Below, piece after piece: positions 62,452 to 64,000 of a DNA stretch of 64,000 bases. How positions within the stretch are numbered: position 1 is the stretch's first letter; each line of letters begins with the position of its first letter. Made by a program: the position numbers and the translations under genes. The stretch is taken from the NCBI GenBank assembly GCA_048772705.1, contig JBLWGC010000173.1, positions 1-64,000 of the forward strand, read 5' to 3'. Under the pieces are notes generated by a model. That model saw only the letters and a program-made list of their open reading frames with translations, had not been told where the DNA came from and did no database searches. The DNA is from Leidyana gryllorum EB-2025a (taxonomy: Eukaryota > Protista > Apicomplexa).

Positions 62452-64000
62452 ATGGGTAAGGCATGTACCAAGCACCAGCCGGCTACCTGCTGCGAACCCC
62501 ACCAAGCAGCGCCGGATGGCCTGCTTCCCACACAACCTCTCGAGGTCCTCAAGATACCCAGTTCGAACTGCCTCGACGACAATGGCAAAGAACTGAGGCC
62601 ACCACATTTGCTCAGGCCTGCGGTTTCCTCCCTGCCGCGTAGCTTCCAAGTGCGTCTAACCTCTATCACAATCTATCTGCGCGTAGTTCTTTGTAGTAGT
62701 GCACGGCATCCGTCTCAAGCATATCAGTTATGATCCTCTCAGCCGTGATGTGTCGAGAAGGTCTGTTCTCAGAGGCCGCTCGTCTTCCAATGGATCCGGC
62801 CTCCAGTACTTCTTCACCATTGACTGGGATGATGGCTTCCTCATGCGACGCACTACCGCTACGGTAAGCCCACACCTATGTGTGCTCTCACTAGATACGT
62901 GTGTGATACAACAATGTTAGTGTGTGAGTCTGTCTCTGACTGCCTGTGTCTGTGAGATGAACATGCTCAATGTCGGGGGAGTCCTCACTTTTGTGGTGTG
63001 TGTGTGGGTGTGTGTGTGTGTGTGTGAGTGTGGGCAAGATCTCCTTGCACTGCTGTTGTATCCAACATGTGACTGCCACGATAATCCACGCCTCGGATCA
63101 TAGAAAGCGGAAGCCGGACAAGTATCGTTCAAGAACTCCTTCGCCTTTTTCTGGAGTGTTGATAGCTTACAGCGCCTGGCGGATTGCAAATTGAGCTTAC
63201 GACTGTACGCGTTTGAGAGTCACCGGACGCCTGAGCATCTGGGCAGAGTAAAGGTGAGCAGAGTCGCTGCTGCTGTGTCCCCACCAATAATCTTTGTCCA
63301 GCTTGACATCCTCAGTATAGCGACAGGGCCCGTCCACAACGACCTGCCAGTCATCTCGCATCGCGGCGCTCGAGGGTCGCAAGCGCAGGTTCAAGAAGTG
63401 ACGGATTACTCGGGTTTACGATCATTTGTTCGAGACGCAAGAGTACAATTCGATGTTCGAATGTCTCAGGTGTGCGAGTTGTTAGTGACCCCGGTAGAAG
63501 TAGTGGCTCATGTCGAAGCATCCCAATACAATCCTCCGCCGGTATTCAATCCCGCTGTTGTCCCGAGCTCGCCGGGTCCGCCTCCGCGCAGCAAGAGTGT
63601 AGCTGAGCTCGACCGGGTGCGAACCCCCCCCAGTCAACACCAGGAAGCCCCATCCACGCCCAAGCAGTCGGATATGCCGGTCCCCCCTGTCAACGAAACG
63701 GACGAGGACACACAGATAGAGCGTGCTGCTGCAGGTGGTCACTCCGCGGACGACGCGAAGAGGCCCATTCTGGCCAAATGGCAACTCGACTTTGTCCCCA
63801 CAGTGAGTTTGAGAGTGTGGCTTCGGCGTGTGTTAGTCTCCAATACTTCAGGGGGTGCCGAATCCGTCTTCATACGCCTCTAACTGGACTGAACTGTGAG
63901 TTTCTTCCCATATATTGTGAGTGTGTATGCCCCGATTTTGCAGCACCGCAACTCCATGTTGGTCGCTGTCTACTTCACATTCGGAATTGAATGAGACCCC
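62452..64000 (+). CDS. Multi-exon hypothetical protein, possible C2-like domain, runs off the window end
   Basis: Exon fragments VSFKNSFAFFW..LSLRLYAF..HLGRVKLDILSIATGPVHNDL look C2-like. Several GT donors and an intronic TG tract. Start and exons tentative. Confidence 0.45.

Overview
Compact, intron-containing eukaryotic DNA with short GT-AG introns (about 29-100 bp, some holding (TG)n tracts) and very small intergenic gaps. The architecture resembles a protist, possibly an alveolate or gregarine-like parasite, but that assignment is only an inference. Recognisable housekeeping genes: RBBP4/MSI1-type WD40 histone chaperone, LPAAT acyltransferase, DNL zinc-finger (Hep1/Zim17), proteasome Rpt4 and beta5, Nop16, Nop15/NIFK-like RRM, 6-phosphogluconate dehydrogenase and a TM RING-H2 ligase. 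Between them lie lineage-specific, fast-evolving regions. (1) A head-to-tail 2.66-kb tandem array of spliced F-box/LRR-like genes (1-5.6 kb). (2) A candidate ~5,280-aa giant gene assembled from 10 phase-consistent exons (11.0-27.4 kb). (3) A 95-bp perfectly palindromic TG...CA element with a 5-bp target-site duplication inside an intron (33.86-33.95 kb). (4) A ~15-kb same-strand array (35.9-50.9 kb) of an unrecognised, apparently intronless ~680-700-aa protein family with intact, deleted, frameshifted and tandem-duplicated copies; two intact members end in Ras/Rho-style CaaL prenylation tails with polybasic or Cys second signals. No rRNA, tRNA or CRISPR features were seen. All gene models were built by eye, without database searches.
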